This document shows, piece by piece, positions 46,292 to 56,820 of a stretch of 64,000 bases of DNA. The number at the start of each line of letters is the position of its first letter. Positions within the stretch are counted from its first letter, which is position 1. Source of the stretch: Bdellovibrionales bacterium. GTDB taxonomy: Bacteria; Bdellovibrionota; Bdellovibrionia; Bdellovibrionales; JAUICD01. The stretch lies in contig OZ241865.1 in the NCBI GenBank assembly GCA_965203275.1, positions 12,822 to 76,821 on the forward strand, read 5' to 3'. Position numbers and translations under genes: made by a program. The notes under the pieces were generated by a model. That model saw only the letters and a program-made list of their open reading frames with translations. It was not told the DNA's origin and searched no databases.

Positions 46292-46804
46292 TATTTTTAT
46301 CCTTTTTTAGTTTTTAGTTTTATTATTCATGCACCAATGTTCTTATTTGTCTTGCAAGTGGTGAGTTTAGGCATGGACTAGAATATCTATTGGTATATTT
46401 AATAAAGAAGTTGAGATTTCCAAATTCTGAGGATGTGTTGATTTAATATGCTCGACACTAGTCTGATTTATAAGACTGAAACGTCATGGAACAATTAAAG
46501 GGAAAAAATAAGTTATAAGCGTTCTCTCTAACTTATCAAACATTGATTGTTTAGTGCCATCGAATGTGACTTATCGAATGTGACTTTAGGATAAGGCCAT
46601 AGAATAAATGTCTCATTAGATAGAAAAAATACTAAAATAAACCTTATTTTCTTTTTCATACACTCACCATATATATATTCTTTTAAAAAATCAATAAAAG
46701 CTTTAACCCCCTGCATAAACTTATATTTATCTTATCATGTAGAACAAAGTATGTCAAACCATCTTGAAAATGAGGTCTTGATGAGCTTTAGCATTAAAAA
46801 AACT

Positions 46805-47095
46805 AGCCGTTTGGTTCACTCAAAATGAGCCACACCGCTGGTGTGTTTTTTGATGTTGCCTGCAAAGGCTTTCGCCTTTGACAAAATAGGCAACATCTAA
46901 AAAATCCGCTCATTTTGAGTAGAGGAGGATATCCTCATCTCTTAACTACATGTTAAGGAAAAATTTCAGTTTTAGGGCCTGATGCCAGGTTACCGGATGC
47001 CTGATCCCGGATCCCGGATGAAAATCATGTTAAGGAAATAAGCTGTTTATCACGATGGCTACTGCCGTCGATCAAAAGCTGGCTATCTCTACCCC
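46805..47095 (+). repeat. Family-A repeat: 1 complete unit, a heptamer tract and a partial apex
   Basis: Unit at about 46812-46965 (arms cactcaaaatgagc/gctcattttgag). Heptamer tract at about 46978-47028. Confidence 0.9.
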
Positions 47096-47107
47096 TTGTC
47101 AGAAAAC

Positions 47108-47758
47108 TTAAAGTAATTTCTTTAAAATTTTTAAAGATTCTACAGCACACAATCTTGGTCTATTACGACGGATGTACTCGTTATGAGTTAATCTTACTTG
47201 TGTATTACCTCTATATTCATATTTCATCATATTGTTTTCATACCGGCTTATTTTATTCTTTATAAATTCCTCCAGGGTCTTGTTGACATACCTATATTGA
47301 GTCTCATAATAATTATGATTGTCTTCTATTAAAGGTACTTGCCCTGCAAATGTATAATTATAATGATCTGCATTATAGTAATTTAATGGACCATCTAAAT
47401 TAACCCCTTGCTTGACCATATCTCTTAACAAGAGAGCTGCAATATCATACTGTCTGAGTTCAATTGCTATAACCACTAAATTTTTTGTATTAGAGTTTAC
47501 TGTAGCTCCATCTCGTAATGCAGTTTGTACACCTTGAACACTTTTATTCATAAGTGCTATAAGTAATTTTTGTTCAGGAGTTAGTAACCTAGCATCATAA
47601 AATAAAGGCAAAGGAGCAACATTAGAAGAGTCTGTAAATTCTTCGCATGAAAGACTTGCAAATCTTTCTGATACTATATCACCTAAGTATGCTCGCGATT
47701 GGGTTATAAATCCTAAACTCATAACACCCGCTATAACTAAATTGAGTAAAAATTTCAT
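47108..47758 (-). CDS. Secreted hypothetical protein with 1-2 degenerate ankyrin-like repeats
   Basis: Start at ATG 47758, 5 nt after GGAGGTG. Signal MKFLLNLVIAGVMSLGFITQSRA. LIALMNKSVQGVQTALRDGATVNS is ANK-like. Confidence 0.55.
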   Translation of the reverse strand: MKFLLNLVIAGVMSLGFITQSRAYLGDIVSERFASLSCEEFTDSSNVAPLPLFYDARLLTPEQKLLIALMNKSVQGVQTALRDGATVNSNTKNLVVIAIELRQYDIAALLLRDMVKQGVNLDGPLNYYNADHYNYTFAGQVPLIEDNHNYYETQYRYVNKTLEEFIKNKISRYENNMMKYEYRGNTQVRLTHNEYIRRNRPRLCAVESLKILKKLL

Positions 47759-47839
47759 AAAACACCTCCATTTTAATTGATTAAACATTCTTATTATAAT
47801 TAACTGACCATTAAAAAACTCTTAAAACACTTCCCTCTA

Positions 47840-48655
47840 AATATCCGGAATCCGGCACCCCGCACCCCAGCATCCGAAGGAAATCTTGTTTCCTTAACAT
47901 CATGTAAAGAGACAAGAGGATCCTTCTTACTCAAAGTAAACGGACTTTTGAGACGATGACCATTTTGTCAAAGGCGAAAGCCTTTGCGGTCATCGTCCAA
48001 AAGTGACCAGAGGCCAGTTCACTTTGAGTGAACCAGTGGCATTGCTCTTTTAATATAATCTTAAAGGCATTTTGTTCCCTTAACATCCTGTTAAGAAATG
48101 AAGGGATTCTCTCTACTAAAAGTGGTCAAGCTTTCTAGGTTGCCAGCATTTGAGAAGGCGAATAGCCTTCGGCTGGCAACCAGAAAGTGACCAGAGGTCA
48201 GACCACTTTTAGTGAGCCAACAGCGTAAGCTGTCAGAGCAATGTCCAAAAGCAACCAGAGGTTGGTTTACTTTTAGTGCAAATCAAATGAGGCAATCAGC
48301 CTTTGATCGACGGCGTGAGCCGTCGGGCTAACTGCCATTAGAAGGACATTTTCCTTAACATGTAGTCAAAAAACGAAGATATCCTCCCTACTCAAAATGC
48401 ATAGATTTTTGAGGCAATGACCATTTTGCCAATGGCGAAAGCCATTGCGGTCATCGTCCAAAAGTGACCAGAGGCCAGTTCACTTTGAGTGAGCTAAAAC
48501 ATCTTGTTTCCTTAACATCATGTTAAGAAATGAGGACATCCTCCTTCCTAAAATTGAACAAGCTTTTGAGGCAATCAGCCTTTGATCGACGGCGATAGCC
48601 GTCGGGCTGATTGCCCAAAAGTAGCCAGAGGCTAGTTCAATTTTAGGGAAACATA
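47840..48655 (-). repeat. Family-A repeat cluster: 4 complete and 2 partial (-) units
   Basis: Units at about 47888-48032, 48075-48215, 48345-48492 and 48505-48650. Apical loops read gaaa, gaata, gtaa, gtga, gaaa and gata on the + strand. Confidence 0.9.
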
Positions 48656-48896
48656 GGAAACCCTACCCCAACTTAAGTATTGCGACAAGAAATAAATTTT
48701 TATAATGAACATAATTTCATCTTATAACCATTGACGATCTTAAAGTTTGAGAGGTTGATTTATGAAATTAGAAGACGTCTTAAGTCTATAATTACATATT
48801 TTAGAAAAAATTCAGTCATCATTTAAGGTTCAACAGCCGATGTGTTTTTAAGGTTATATGTAAACTCATAAAACAACTTAAGATATAGGATACATA

Positions 48897-51800
48897 ATGA
48901 GTTTAACACATCTAAGTTTTATTAGCTTGTTCGTCCTGTTAATATCTTGTACAGATGATGTTATAGATAGAAATAAAAGCTGGGGACCTGCTCGTGGTTT
49001 AGAGGTTGTAGGATTAAGTGATGATTCAAAACCTAGGAAATCAAAAACATGGCTTCTTGCTTGTCAAGACGATGGCAACTTTGTTAATTGCACTTATCGT
49101 TACAAAATCAACAAAAAATCATCACACACCTTTACAAATAAAGATCAATATAAAAAGCAAACAAAAGTGATCAAAGAGGATGGAGATGGCCGGTATTATT
49201 TACATGTTCAAGCCAAAGCAACAACGCAACTAGCAACACAAACAGCAACACAAAAAGTTTCAAGAGTTAAAAGTGTCTTTGCTACACTCGATAACACCTC
49301 CCCAACTCGCCTGAGATCTTCTCAATTTGAAGCTCCAAAGAATTCCAGTACAAATTCCTTTAAAGTGACTGTGAATAAATTAACAGCTAGGCACACTGTC
49401 AAAGTATATGTTGCTGGAGGAAGTGGTGGGACCTCTCAACTGATCAATACAAATAAGGCAAATAATAATATCTCTGAAAACACAGATATTGAAGACGATG
49501 AAGACAACAATAAAGACGACGAAGACAGCAATGACGATAACAACGACAATGACGACAACAACAACAACAATGAAGAAAATGCAAAGTTTTGTACTAAAAA
49601 CAACCAAGTGGGCTTAGGTCAAGTGGGTAGCAATAAAACTTCAGTTAAGATCACAGTTAATGCAAAACCTGGAACCCACGACTACTATGCATCTGTAACA
49701 GATAGAGCCGGTAACACTAGTGGCTGTGTGCAGGCCTTCCGCCACACAAACACAAACACGAATAACAGAGACTCTGTTGCATCTTGTCCGTCAACTCAAC
49801 CATCCCCGCACTGGCAATTTGTTAAGGGAAAATGCCGTCCATCTTGTGGTCATGCAGCCACACAGGCAGGTTATGGGGGCAGTGGAGCAGATAAAAAGGC
49901 AAATACCCAAGATGATCTCTTTACTTATGATTCTAAAGCGACTTCTTGTAAAAGTTTAAACAAATGGGGACATGATGATTGGATAGAATTTAGTTTTCAA
50001 AATGCAGGAGAGAAAATAAATAGCCGTGAATCTATTATAGTCGCAAAATATGGAGGTGTTTGTTGTGGACGAGGGACTCCTATCAATCCTGTCACTCCCC
50101 CTACTGTGACTGGTCTTGAGGATAATAATAAAGTCACTGCTCCAGCCTCTTTCAGATGGAGTTGTGATAAGAATGGCTGTCAGTATCGTTATGCTATCAC
50201 TACATCTCGCAGGCATATATTTCAAGTGGCAGCTTTTACTGGTATAAATAAAATAATAAAAAAGAGCATAAGCCCCGGAACTGTTTATTATCTTCATGTC
50301 CAAGCAGCCTTTGAGGATAGGCTCTCTGCCATTAAGACAGTCCGTTTTGCATCCCATAATTTGTCTACGGGTAAGGGTACAGGCATCCCCAGAATTGCTT
50401 TAAAAACTCCTTTAGCTAATATGAGCCATAATTATTTACATGACAAACCGACCTTTATAATAAGCTATGTTGCTCAGGGTGACAAAGTCACTTTGTATCG
50501 AAGATCCAATACAGAAAAATGCTCAGGGGCAAGTTGTTGCACCACTGCCCATAGAGGTATTAAAGTAGCTTCTAAGGTATGCCCTTCAGGAGAGTGTACT
50601 CTTTCAGCAAGCTTGCCCTCTATTAAAGACAGGTACAGGGATTCTTATAAATTCTATGTTAAAAGAGAGTATAAAAATGCACAAACACGCAATCGCTTGA
50701 CTTCTTTATGCAGTAGCCAGTCTGATTCCAGTGAGTCAAAAAATACAAAAAATACACAAAATACAACTACTAAGAAGTTTGTTATTTATAATCGTTGGGT
50801 TTATAAGCCTCTTTCTATGGCTGAGCAATATGGGTGCTTTTTATCTAAGACAGGTCAGATCAAATGCTGGGGTCCTGACGCTTTTAGTGGAGTCAATCAG
50901 TGCTTACCACCTGGAGGTCAGTTTGAAGATACAAATCGTATTGCTACTTTTGATCCTGAAAAATTCTCACAAAATGTTGATTTAGGGTGCAGGGATGGTT
51001 CTAAATCATGTGCATCACATGAAAAATACACTGCACTAGCTTTATCTGTCTCTGGTTTAAAACATAAACCTTTTAGTTTTTGTAAAGTTTGTTCTAATAA
51101 TAATTGTGTTCGCGGACAGCACCCTTATTGTGATGTGGGTAGAACCAATGACAGACATACAGATGGTCGCAGTCTTCCTATCACAAAACATATTTGTGCT
51201 ATCTTAGATGATCAAAAGATCAAATGTTGGGGGCAAAATAATTTTGGTCAATTAGGTCAGGGTGTTGCAGGTAGCGGTTTTGTGAGTGCTTCAAATCTAA
51301 GGCCTATCAACTTAGGGAGTGGCTTAAAAGCAAAAGCTATCGTCACAGGGCTTTATCATAGCTGTGTGATTTTAGAAGATGCAAACAATAAACATGATGA
51401 TCAGGTCAAATGCTGGGGGTACAATCAAGATGGTCAGTTAGGGCAAGGGCATAAATGTCATTTAGGTATGACAGGTGCGAATTATCCTATAAGTCATTCT
51501 TGCAATTCTACCAATGCTGTTATTGATCGTGATGTGAAAGATACACCTCCTATCAACTTAAGTGTAGGAAATATCAAATTAACTGTAAAAGCTATTTCAG
51601 CAAAAGCAGCCCATACCTGTGCTGTTGTAGATCATAAAAACGGCAACCTTCATGATAATAAGGTGAAATGTTGGGGTTACAATGGTCATAAGCAATATGG
51701 TGATTATGCCAATAACCATATAGGTGATGCTACGGGTGAATTAAATGCTAGCAGTAGCAGTGGTGATGGTTATTTCTTTCATAATGGGATAAAGGTAAAG

Positions 51801-52253
51801 GCTCTTTCTGCGGGGTTATATGATACCTGTGTGATCCGAGATGATTCAAATGACGATACAATTATTTGTCGAGGAAGGGGCTTATATACTGGTATAGATG
51901 CAAGCCATGCTGTCAATCGTGGCATCCGCATATTTGGTAGCCGTCCTCACGAGATTAGCTTTACTTTTAATAAAAAACCTCTATCCATTGCGGTAGGAGA
52001 ATATATTGGTTGTGCAACCTTAAATGATGGAACAGTCAATTGCTTTGGCAATCATAATTTTGGTGATGCAAGTGTTTTTGGAGATTTAGGGATCAATCAT
52101 TTAAACTCTCAAAAAGTGATCCATTTTGATACAGGATCGTCAAGCCATTGTGCTTATTTAAGTAATGGCAGAGTCAAATGTTGGGGGAAAATGCTAACTG
52201 CATCTTCAGAAAACACTCCTTCTCGTCCATATATTTGTTCTCGTAATCGTTGA
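48897..52253 (+). CDS. Surface lipoprotein: Ig-like modules, poly-D/N tract, Cys-rich module, C-terminal 7-bladed RCC1-like propeller
   Basis: Lipobox LLISC. Modules ending YYLHVQAK...VKSV. D/N tract DIEDDEDNNKDDEDSNDDNNDNDDNNNNNEEN. Seven blades marked by [IV]KCWG.N..GQLG (e.g. KIKCWGQNNFGQLGQG, QVKCWGYNQDGQLGQG). Confidence 0.85.
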   Translation: MSLTHLSFISLFVLLISCTDDVIDRNKSWGPARGLEVVGLSDDSKPRKSKTWLLACQDDGNFVNCTYRYKINKKSSHTFTNKDQYKKQTKVIKEDGDGRYYLHVQAKATTQLATQTATQKVSRVKSVFATLDNTSPTRLRSSQFEAPKNSSTNSFKVTVNKLTARHTVKVYVAGGSGGTSQLINTNKANNNISENTDIEDDEDNNKDDEDSNDDNNDNDDNNNNNEENAKFCTKNNQVGLGQVGSNKTSVKITVNAKPGTHDYYASVTDRAGNTSGCVQAFRHTNTNTNNRDSVASCPSTQPSPHWQFVKGKCRPSCGHAATQAGYGGSGADKKANTQDDLFTYDSKATSCKSLNKWGHDDWIEFSFQNAGEKINSRESIIVAKYGGVCCGRGTPINPVTPPTVTGLEDNNKVTAPASFRWSCDKNGCQYRYAITTSRRHIFQVAAFTGINKIIKKSISPGTVYYLHVQAAFEDRLSAIKTVRFASHNLSTGKGTGIPRIALKTPLANMSHNYLHDKPTFIISYVAQGDKVTLYRRSNTEKCSGASCCTTAHRGIKVASKVCPSGECTLSASLPSIKDRYRDSYKFYVKREYKNAQTRNRLTSLCSSQSDSSESKNTKNTQNTTTKKFVIYNRWVYKPLSMAEQYGCFLSKTGQIKCWGPDAFSGVNQCLPPGGQFEDTNRIATFDPEKFSQNVDLGCRDGSKSCASHEKYTALALSVSGLKHKPFSFCKVCSNNNCVRGQHPYCDVGRTNDRHTDGRSLPITKHICAILDDQKIKCWGQNNFGQLGQGVAGSGFVSASNLRPINLGSGLKAKAIVTGLYHSCVILEDANNKHDDQVKCWGYNQDGQLGQGHKCHLGMTGANYPISHSCNSTNAVIDRDVKDTPPINLSVGNIKLTVKAISAKAAHTCAVVDHKNGNLHDNKVKCWGYNGHKQYGDYANNHIGDATGELNASSSSGDGYFFHNGIKVKALSAGLYDTCVIRDDSNDDTIICRGRGLYTGIDASHAVNRGIRIFGSRPHEISFTFNKKPLSIAVGEYIGCATLNDGTVNCFGNHNFGDASVFGDLGINHLNSQKVIHFDTGSSSHCAYLSNGRVKCWGKMLTASSENTPSRPYICSRNR

Positions 52254-52309
52254 TCAAACTGGCTTTGTAGCTAGGTATTTATGGATTATAGGATGTATTT
52301 TTACTAGAC

Positions 52310-52335
52310 TTTGTCTCAAATAGAGACGAGTTTTT
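52310..52335 (+). terminator. Weak terminator-like hairpin after the first RCC1 gene
   Basis: tttgtctc-aaata-gagacgag followed by TTTTT. The stem needs two G-U pairs. Confidence 0.3.
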
Positions 52336-52429
52336 AAAAATTTAAAAAATAATTAATTATTTAAAAATAAGCAGCCGATATAATTATAGAGTAAAGAATG
52401 AATATCATTCATTTAATAAAAAAGGTGTT

Positions 52430-55400
52430 ATGATGAATTATCAGTTTCGTTTTATTTATTGTGCAGTTTTACTATCATTGTCTTTCTTTTTGATGTCTTG
52501 CAATAAGGATGAAAGGAGAAACCCAGCTGGACTACCTACGACTTCGCCCACTCCTTCTAAATCCGCATCCCCTACTCCTTCTGCGTCCCCATCTCCTACT
52601 CCTTTTGTAGAGACGGCATGTCCGTCTATTAAGCCACCTCACTGGAAATTTGTCAAAGGAAAATGTCGTCCGTCATGTGGATATGCAGCATCTCAGGCGG
52701 GTTATGGAGGTTCTGGTTCGGATAAAAAATCAGGGACATCTGATGATCCTCATATTTTTACTTCTAAGGCATCTTCTTGTGGTAGGTTAAATGTTTTAGG
52801 ACATAATGATTGGCGGGAGTTTGAATTTAAAGATGCAGGTAAGACCATTACCAGTAACGATGCTCATGAAGTAGCTAATAAGAAAGGTAGTGTATGTTGC
52901 GGGCGTGGCAGTGCTAAAAATCCTATACCTCCTCCTGAGGTGACAGGTTTATCGAATGATAATACAGAGAGGTTATCGAAGCAATTCAGTTGGGGATGTC
53001 AGCGCAATAACAAGACAGAGAATTGTAAATATCGCTCTATCATAAACACATTTTCTAAGCATACATTTCGTTCAAGTGTTTCTTATACGAATAAAAAAAC
53101 AGTTACACAATCATCTGTCAGCAAGAAGACAACTTATTATTTGCATGTTCAAGCAGCCTTTGGTAGGAGGGAGTCTGCTGTCAAATCAGTAAGTTTTAAA
53201 TTAAAACCAAGGCCTACACCTCGGCCTAGCCCTATTTTACCTACGCCAAAGGTAACAGGGTTAGAAAGCGATACATCACCTGCAAGATCGAAAAGCTGGG
53301 AGTGGAGCTGTAGTACAGAGGGAACATATCCTTGTGAATATCGCCATGTAATTAATCAACGTGCTACACACAAGTTTGATAGCAAGGCAACTTATTCTTC
53401 AAAGAATACAGCAAGTACAAGTGGCAAAAGTGATGGTCGCTGGTATTTACATGTTCAGGCTAAGAATGCAGGTGCTATTTCAGCAGTCAAGTCTGTTTTT
53501 GTGAGGATAGATAGAACAAAACCAAAGACTCCCAATAAAAACTCTATGATCTATGATGCTTCTAATACCCATCAGATCACAGTGACATTTAGAGATTTTG
53601 TGCAAGGAGAGCGTGTTCGTTTATATAATGTATCGAATTGCAAGAGTAGCTCTTTGGGAGTTGCCACAGTGGGAGATAATGGTGAAGGTGTGATCACCTT
53701 TACAGCAGATTCAACGCTTCAAAATTATTATGCTCAGGTCACAGATCAGGCAGGCAATGTCAGTGGCTGTGGACTTATATTTGCTTATCCTGTAACAGGG
53801 ACTGCTATTTTGCCAGAAGTTACAGGTCTCACAAATGATGACACACCTCAAAGAATTAAAAGATGGAGATGGGGTTGTAGTACCCAGCAGTGTGAATATC
53901 GCTATGTGATTAACCAACGTGCTAGACACACATTTAGAAGTGGAGATAATTATCGTATAAATGATGAGGCTTCCACAGGTACAAGCCATGCTACTGGCAA
54001 ATGGTATGTCCATGTACAGGCTAAAAATGCAGCTGGAGAATCAGGAGTGAAATCTGTATATGCAAGGATAGACAGAACTCCGCCTAGGGTACCTAGTGCA
54101 GATTCAACAGTGTATCAAGTGGATGATGATGATGATGAGATCATTATTACTTTTTCAGACCTTGAAGCTGGGGATAGGGTGCAGGTTTATACAATGAGCA
54201 ATGGCCGACAGGGTACTCTTAAAGGCACAGCTACAGTAGCCAGTAGCCAGACATCTGTCAATGTAGAGATCACCCCTGAGTCAACTGAAACTGATTATTG
54301 TGCAAGGGTAACTGACAGGGCTAAAAATACCAGCACTTGTGGGTTTATATTGACTTACCCTGTTTTAAATCCACGACTTGTTTTAAAAACTCCCGTGCCG
54401 AACACATTGAACAACTACTTACATGATAGACCAGAGTTTACTGTGGAAAAAGCAAGGAATAGTAAAGTTTATCTTTATAGGGTCAATGGTGATGATGAAG
54501 ATATATGTAGTGGGGAGAATTGCTGTAATCCGGCTAGGGATAGTGATGTCGTGCTTGTAGGTCAGACCAGTGGTAACTGTGCTGCAAGTGCATGTACAGT
54601 TAAGGTGGCAGCAAATAAAAAATTAGCTTATCCTGGTAACTATGAGATAGATAAAAAATCTTATACATTCTTTGTCAGAAAAGAATATCAAGGTGCAAAT
54701 AATGCTTTGCAAAGCAAATGCTCTCGATTAGAAAATGACAACGAAGGCTCCGCTGAAGCAAAAAAACAAAAAGCTGTTTATCATTTATGGCCTTATAAGG
54801 CATTATCTGTAGGTCATAAGAATAGGGCTTGTTATTTGTCTAAATTAGGTGAAGTGAAATGTTGGGGAGAGCAAAAGGAAAATACACCTTCGTATTTTCA
54901 GCAGTGCTTACCTTCTGGAGGGGAGTTTGAAGAAGCAGCTATTGCAGGAAACGGTGATGTGTTTGCAGCTTTTAATCCTATGGAATTTGCTAACTCTGTC
55001 AATTTAGGTTGTAGAAGTGGTAGCGGTTCAAATTGTCCAAAATATACAGCCCTTGCAGTTTCCCTTAGTTATGCTGGAGGCTTTAGTGATGAGTATCATA
55101 CTTGTGCTATTTTAGATAATCAAAAAGTCAAATGTTGGGGGAAGAATTCTAAAGGCCAATTAGGGCAAGGCAGTAGTGTTGACGCAGATGGCAATAATGA
55201 TCCCTCTACCCTCGCACCACTTAAGTTAAAAAAGGTAAAGGCTATTTCAGCAGGTGGTCTAGCTCATAGTTGTGTGATTTTAGATACCCCTAGTGATAGT
55301 GGCAATGATGAGAGAGTGAAATGTTGGGGAAATAATGATGATGGGCAATTAGGGATAAATAGTACAATTAAAATAGGAGATGATGAAGCATTAGATCACG

Positions 55401-56134
55401 CACGAGCCATCACTGTTCCTGGCTTAGATGGTAATAGGGTCAAAGCTATTTCAGCAGGTCATAATCACACCTGTGCAATTCTGAAAGCTAGCACACATAA
55501 TGGAAAAGTTATATGCTGGGGAGAGAATGATGATAAACAATTAGGTACAAACAATAACGTGAATTATGGCAACGGTGGTAACGATGCGAATGTGGCCAAT
55601 GCCTCCCCTTTTGATCATTTCGGCGACCCCGCTCGTACTACAAAAGCCAAATATGTTGCAACAGGATATGCCCGTACATGTATTATTGAAGATACTCCTG
55701 ATTCAAAAGTGATCTGTATATCAGCAGAACGTCGTTTTAATGCTTTTGAGCGTGATACTGGTTTTGAATCTAATCCTGTAGTTGACTTTTCAAACTCAGA
55801 CACTGATGAAAGACAAGTTTTTAAGTATACAAGTGATAATTCTAAAAAAGCAACAAGAATATATCCTATGGATTATAGTATTTGTGCTTTATTAGATAGC
55901 GGTGAAGTCAACTGTGATCAGAGCGGTACTCAGGTTTGGGGACATCATTTGAATGCAGATTTATATTCTGGGATATTAGGTAGTAACAAAGTTCAATCTA
56001 TGGATGTAGGAGGCGATGATATGTGTGCTTATTTAGATAATGGTCAAGTCAAATGCTGGGGTCGTGAAGATAATAATGATAATGATGATGATAGACCTCT
56101 TATGTGCGAGCATGACGCTCCAACCTCAACATAA
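52430..56134 (+). CDS. Surface lipoprotein paralog: P/S/T linker, Cys-rich module, about 4 Ig-like modules, C-terminal 7-bladed RCC1-like propeller
   Basis: Lipobox FLMSC. The same Cys-rich module as the upstream gene. Repeated VTGL..D....W.W.C....CEYR.VINQRA.H.F...WYLHVQAKNA...VKSV..RIDRT.P units. Blades such as KVKCWGKNSKGQLGQG and RVKCWGNNDDGQLG. Confidence 0.85.
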   Translation: MMNYQFRFIYCAVLLSLSFFLMSCNKDERRNPAGLPTTSPTPSKSASPTPSASPSPTPFVETACPSIKPPHWKFVKGKCRPSCGYAASQAGYGGSGSDKKSGTSDDPHIFTSKASSCGRLNVLGHNDWREFEFKDAGKTITSNDAHEVANKKGSVCCGRGSAKNPIPPPEVTGLSNDNTERLSKQFSWGCQRNNKTENCKYRSIINTFSKHTFRSSVSYTNKKTVTQSSVSKKTTYYLHVQAAFGRRESAVKSVSFKLKPRPTPRPSPILPTPKVTGLESDTSPARSKSWEWSCSTEGTYPCEYRHVINQRATHKFDSKATYSSKNTASTSGKSDGRWYLHVQAKNAGAISAVKSVFVRIDRTKPKTPNKNSMIYDASNTHQITVTFRDFVQGERVRLYNVSNCKSSSLGVATVGDNGEGVITFTADSTLQNYYAQVTDQAGNVSGCGLIFAYPVTGTAILPEVTGLTNDDTPQRIKRWRWGCSTQQCEYRYVINQRARHTFRSGDNYRINDEASTGTSHATGKWYVHVQAKNAAGESGVKSVYARIDRTPPRVPSADSTVYQVDDDDDEIIITFSDLEAGDRVQVYTMSNGRQGTLKGTATVASSQTSVNVEITPESTETDYCARVTDRAKNTSTCGFILTYPVLNPRLVLKTPVPNTLNNYLHDRPEFTVEKARNSKVYLYRVNGDDEDICSGENCCNPARDSDVVLVGQTSGNCAASACTVKVAANKKLAYPGNYEIDKKSYTFFVRKEYQGANNALQSKCSRLENDNEGSAEAKKQKAVYHLWPYKALSVGHKNRACYLSKLGEVKCWGEQKENTPSYFQQCLPSGGEFEEAAIAGNGDVFAAFNPMEFANSVNLGCRSGSGSNCPKYTALAVSLSYAGGFSDEYHTCAILDNQKVKCWGKNSKGQLGQGSSVDADGNNDPSTLAPLKLKKVKAISAGGLAHSCVILDTPSDSGNDERVKCWGNNDDGQLGINSTIKIGDDEALDHARAITVPGLDGNRVKAISAGHNHTCAILKASTHNGKVICWGENDDKQLGTNNNVNYGNGGNDANVANASPFDHFGDPARTTKAKYVATGYARTCIIEDTPDSKVICISAERRFNAFERDTGFESNPVVDFSNSDTDERQVFKYTSDNSKKATRIYPMDYSICALLDSGEVNCDQSGTQVWGHHLNADLYSGILGSNKVQSMDVGGDDMCAYLDNGQVKCWGREDNNDNDDDRPLMCEHDAPTST

Positions 56135-56194
56135 TAACCCTTACTCCCTTTTCCATAAATTCGCATCACCACTACTATCTCCAAAACATTTCCC

Positions 56195-56810
56195 CTTTTC
56201 CACAAACATCCGGCAATCGGGGCAACGCATCAGATCCTGGGATGCCTGCTTGCCGGATCCCAGATAAATACCTTGTTAAGGAAACAGAGTTTCTTTTTTT
56301 TTCACTAAAAGTGGTCAAGCTTTCTAGGCAATGACCATTTTGCCAATGGCAAAAAAACATCTTGTTTCCTTAACATGTAGTCAAAAAACGAAGAGATCCT
56401 CCTTACTCAAAGTGAACAGGCTTTTGAGACGATGACCATTTTGTCAAAGGCGAAAGCCTTTGCGGTCATCGTCCAAAAGTGGCCAGAGGCCAGTTCACTT
56501 TGAGGGAAACAGAGGCTAGTTTACTTTTAGTGCAAATCAAATGAGGTGATGACCATTTTATCGACGTGAAATAAACATCTTGTTTCCCTAACATCGTCTT
56601 CATCCGGGATCCGGGATCCGGCAGTCAGGCAGTCCGGCATCAGTGAAGCAAACGTCTTGTTTCCTTAACATGGTGTTAAAAAACGAGGATATCCTCCCCT
56701 ACTCAAAATGAGCAGTTTTTTGCGGCATTGCTCTTTTTAGACAGCGTAAGCTGTCAGAGCAATGCCCAAAAACACACCAGAGGTGTGGCTCATTTTGAGT
56801 GAGACAGAAT
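56195..56810 (-). repeat. Family-A repeat cluster: 2 complete (-) units, partial units and 2 heptamer tracts
   Basis: Units at about 56362-56508 and 56655-56803. Heptamer tracts at about 56205-56268 and 56603-56640. Confidence 0.9.
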
Positions 56811-56820
56811 CTAATGATGT

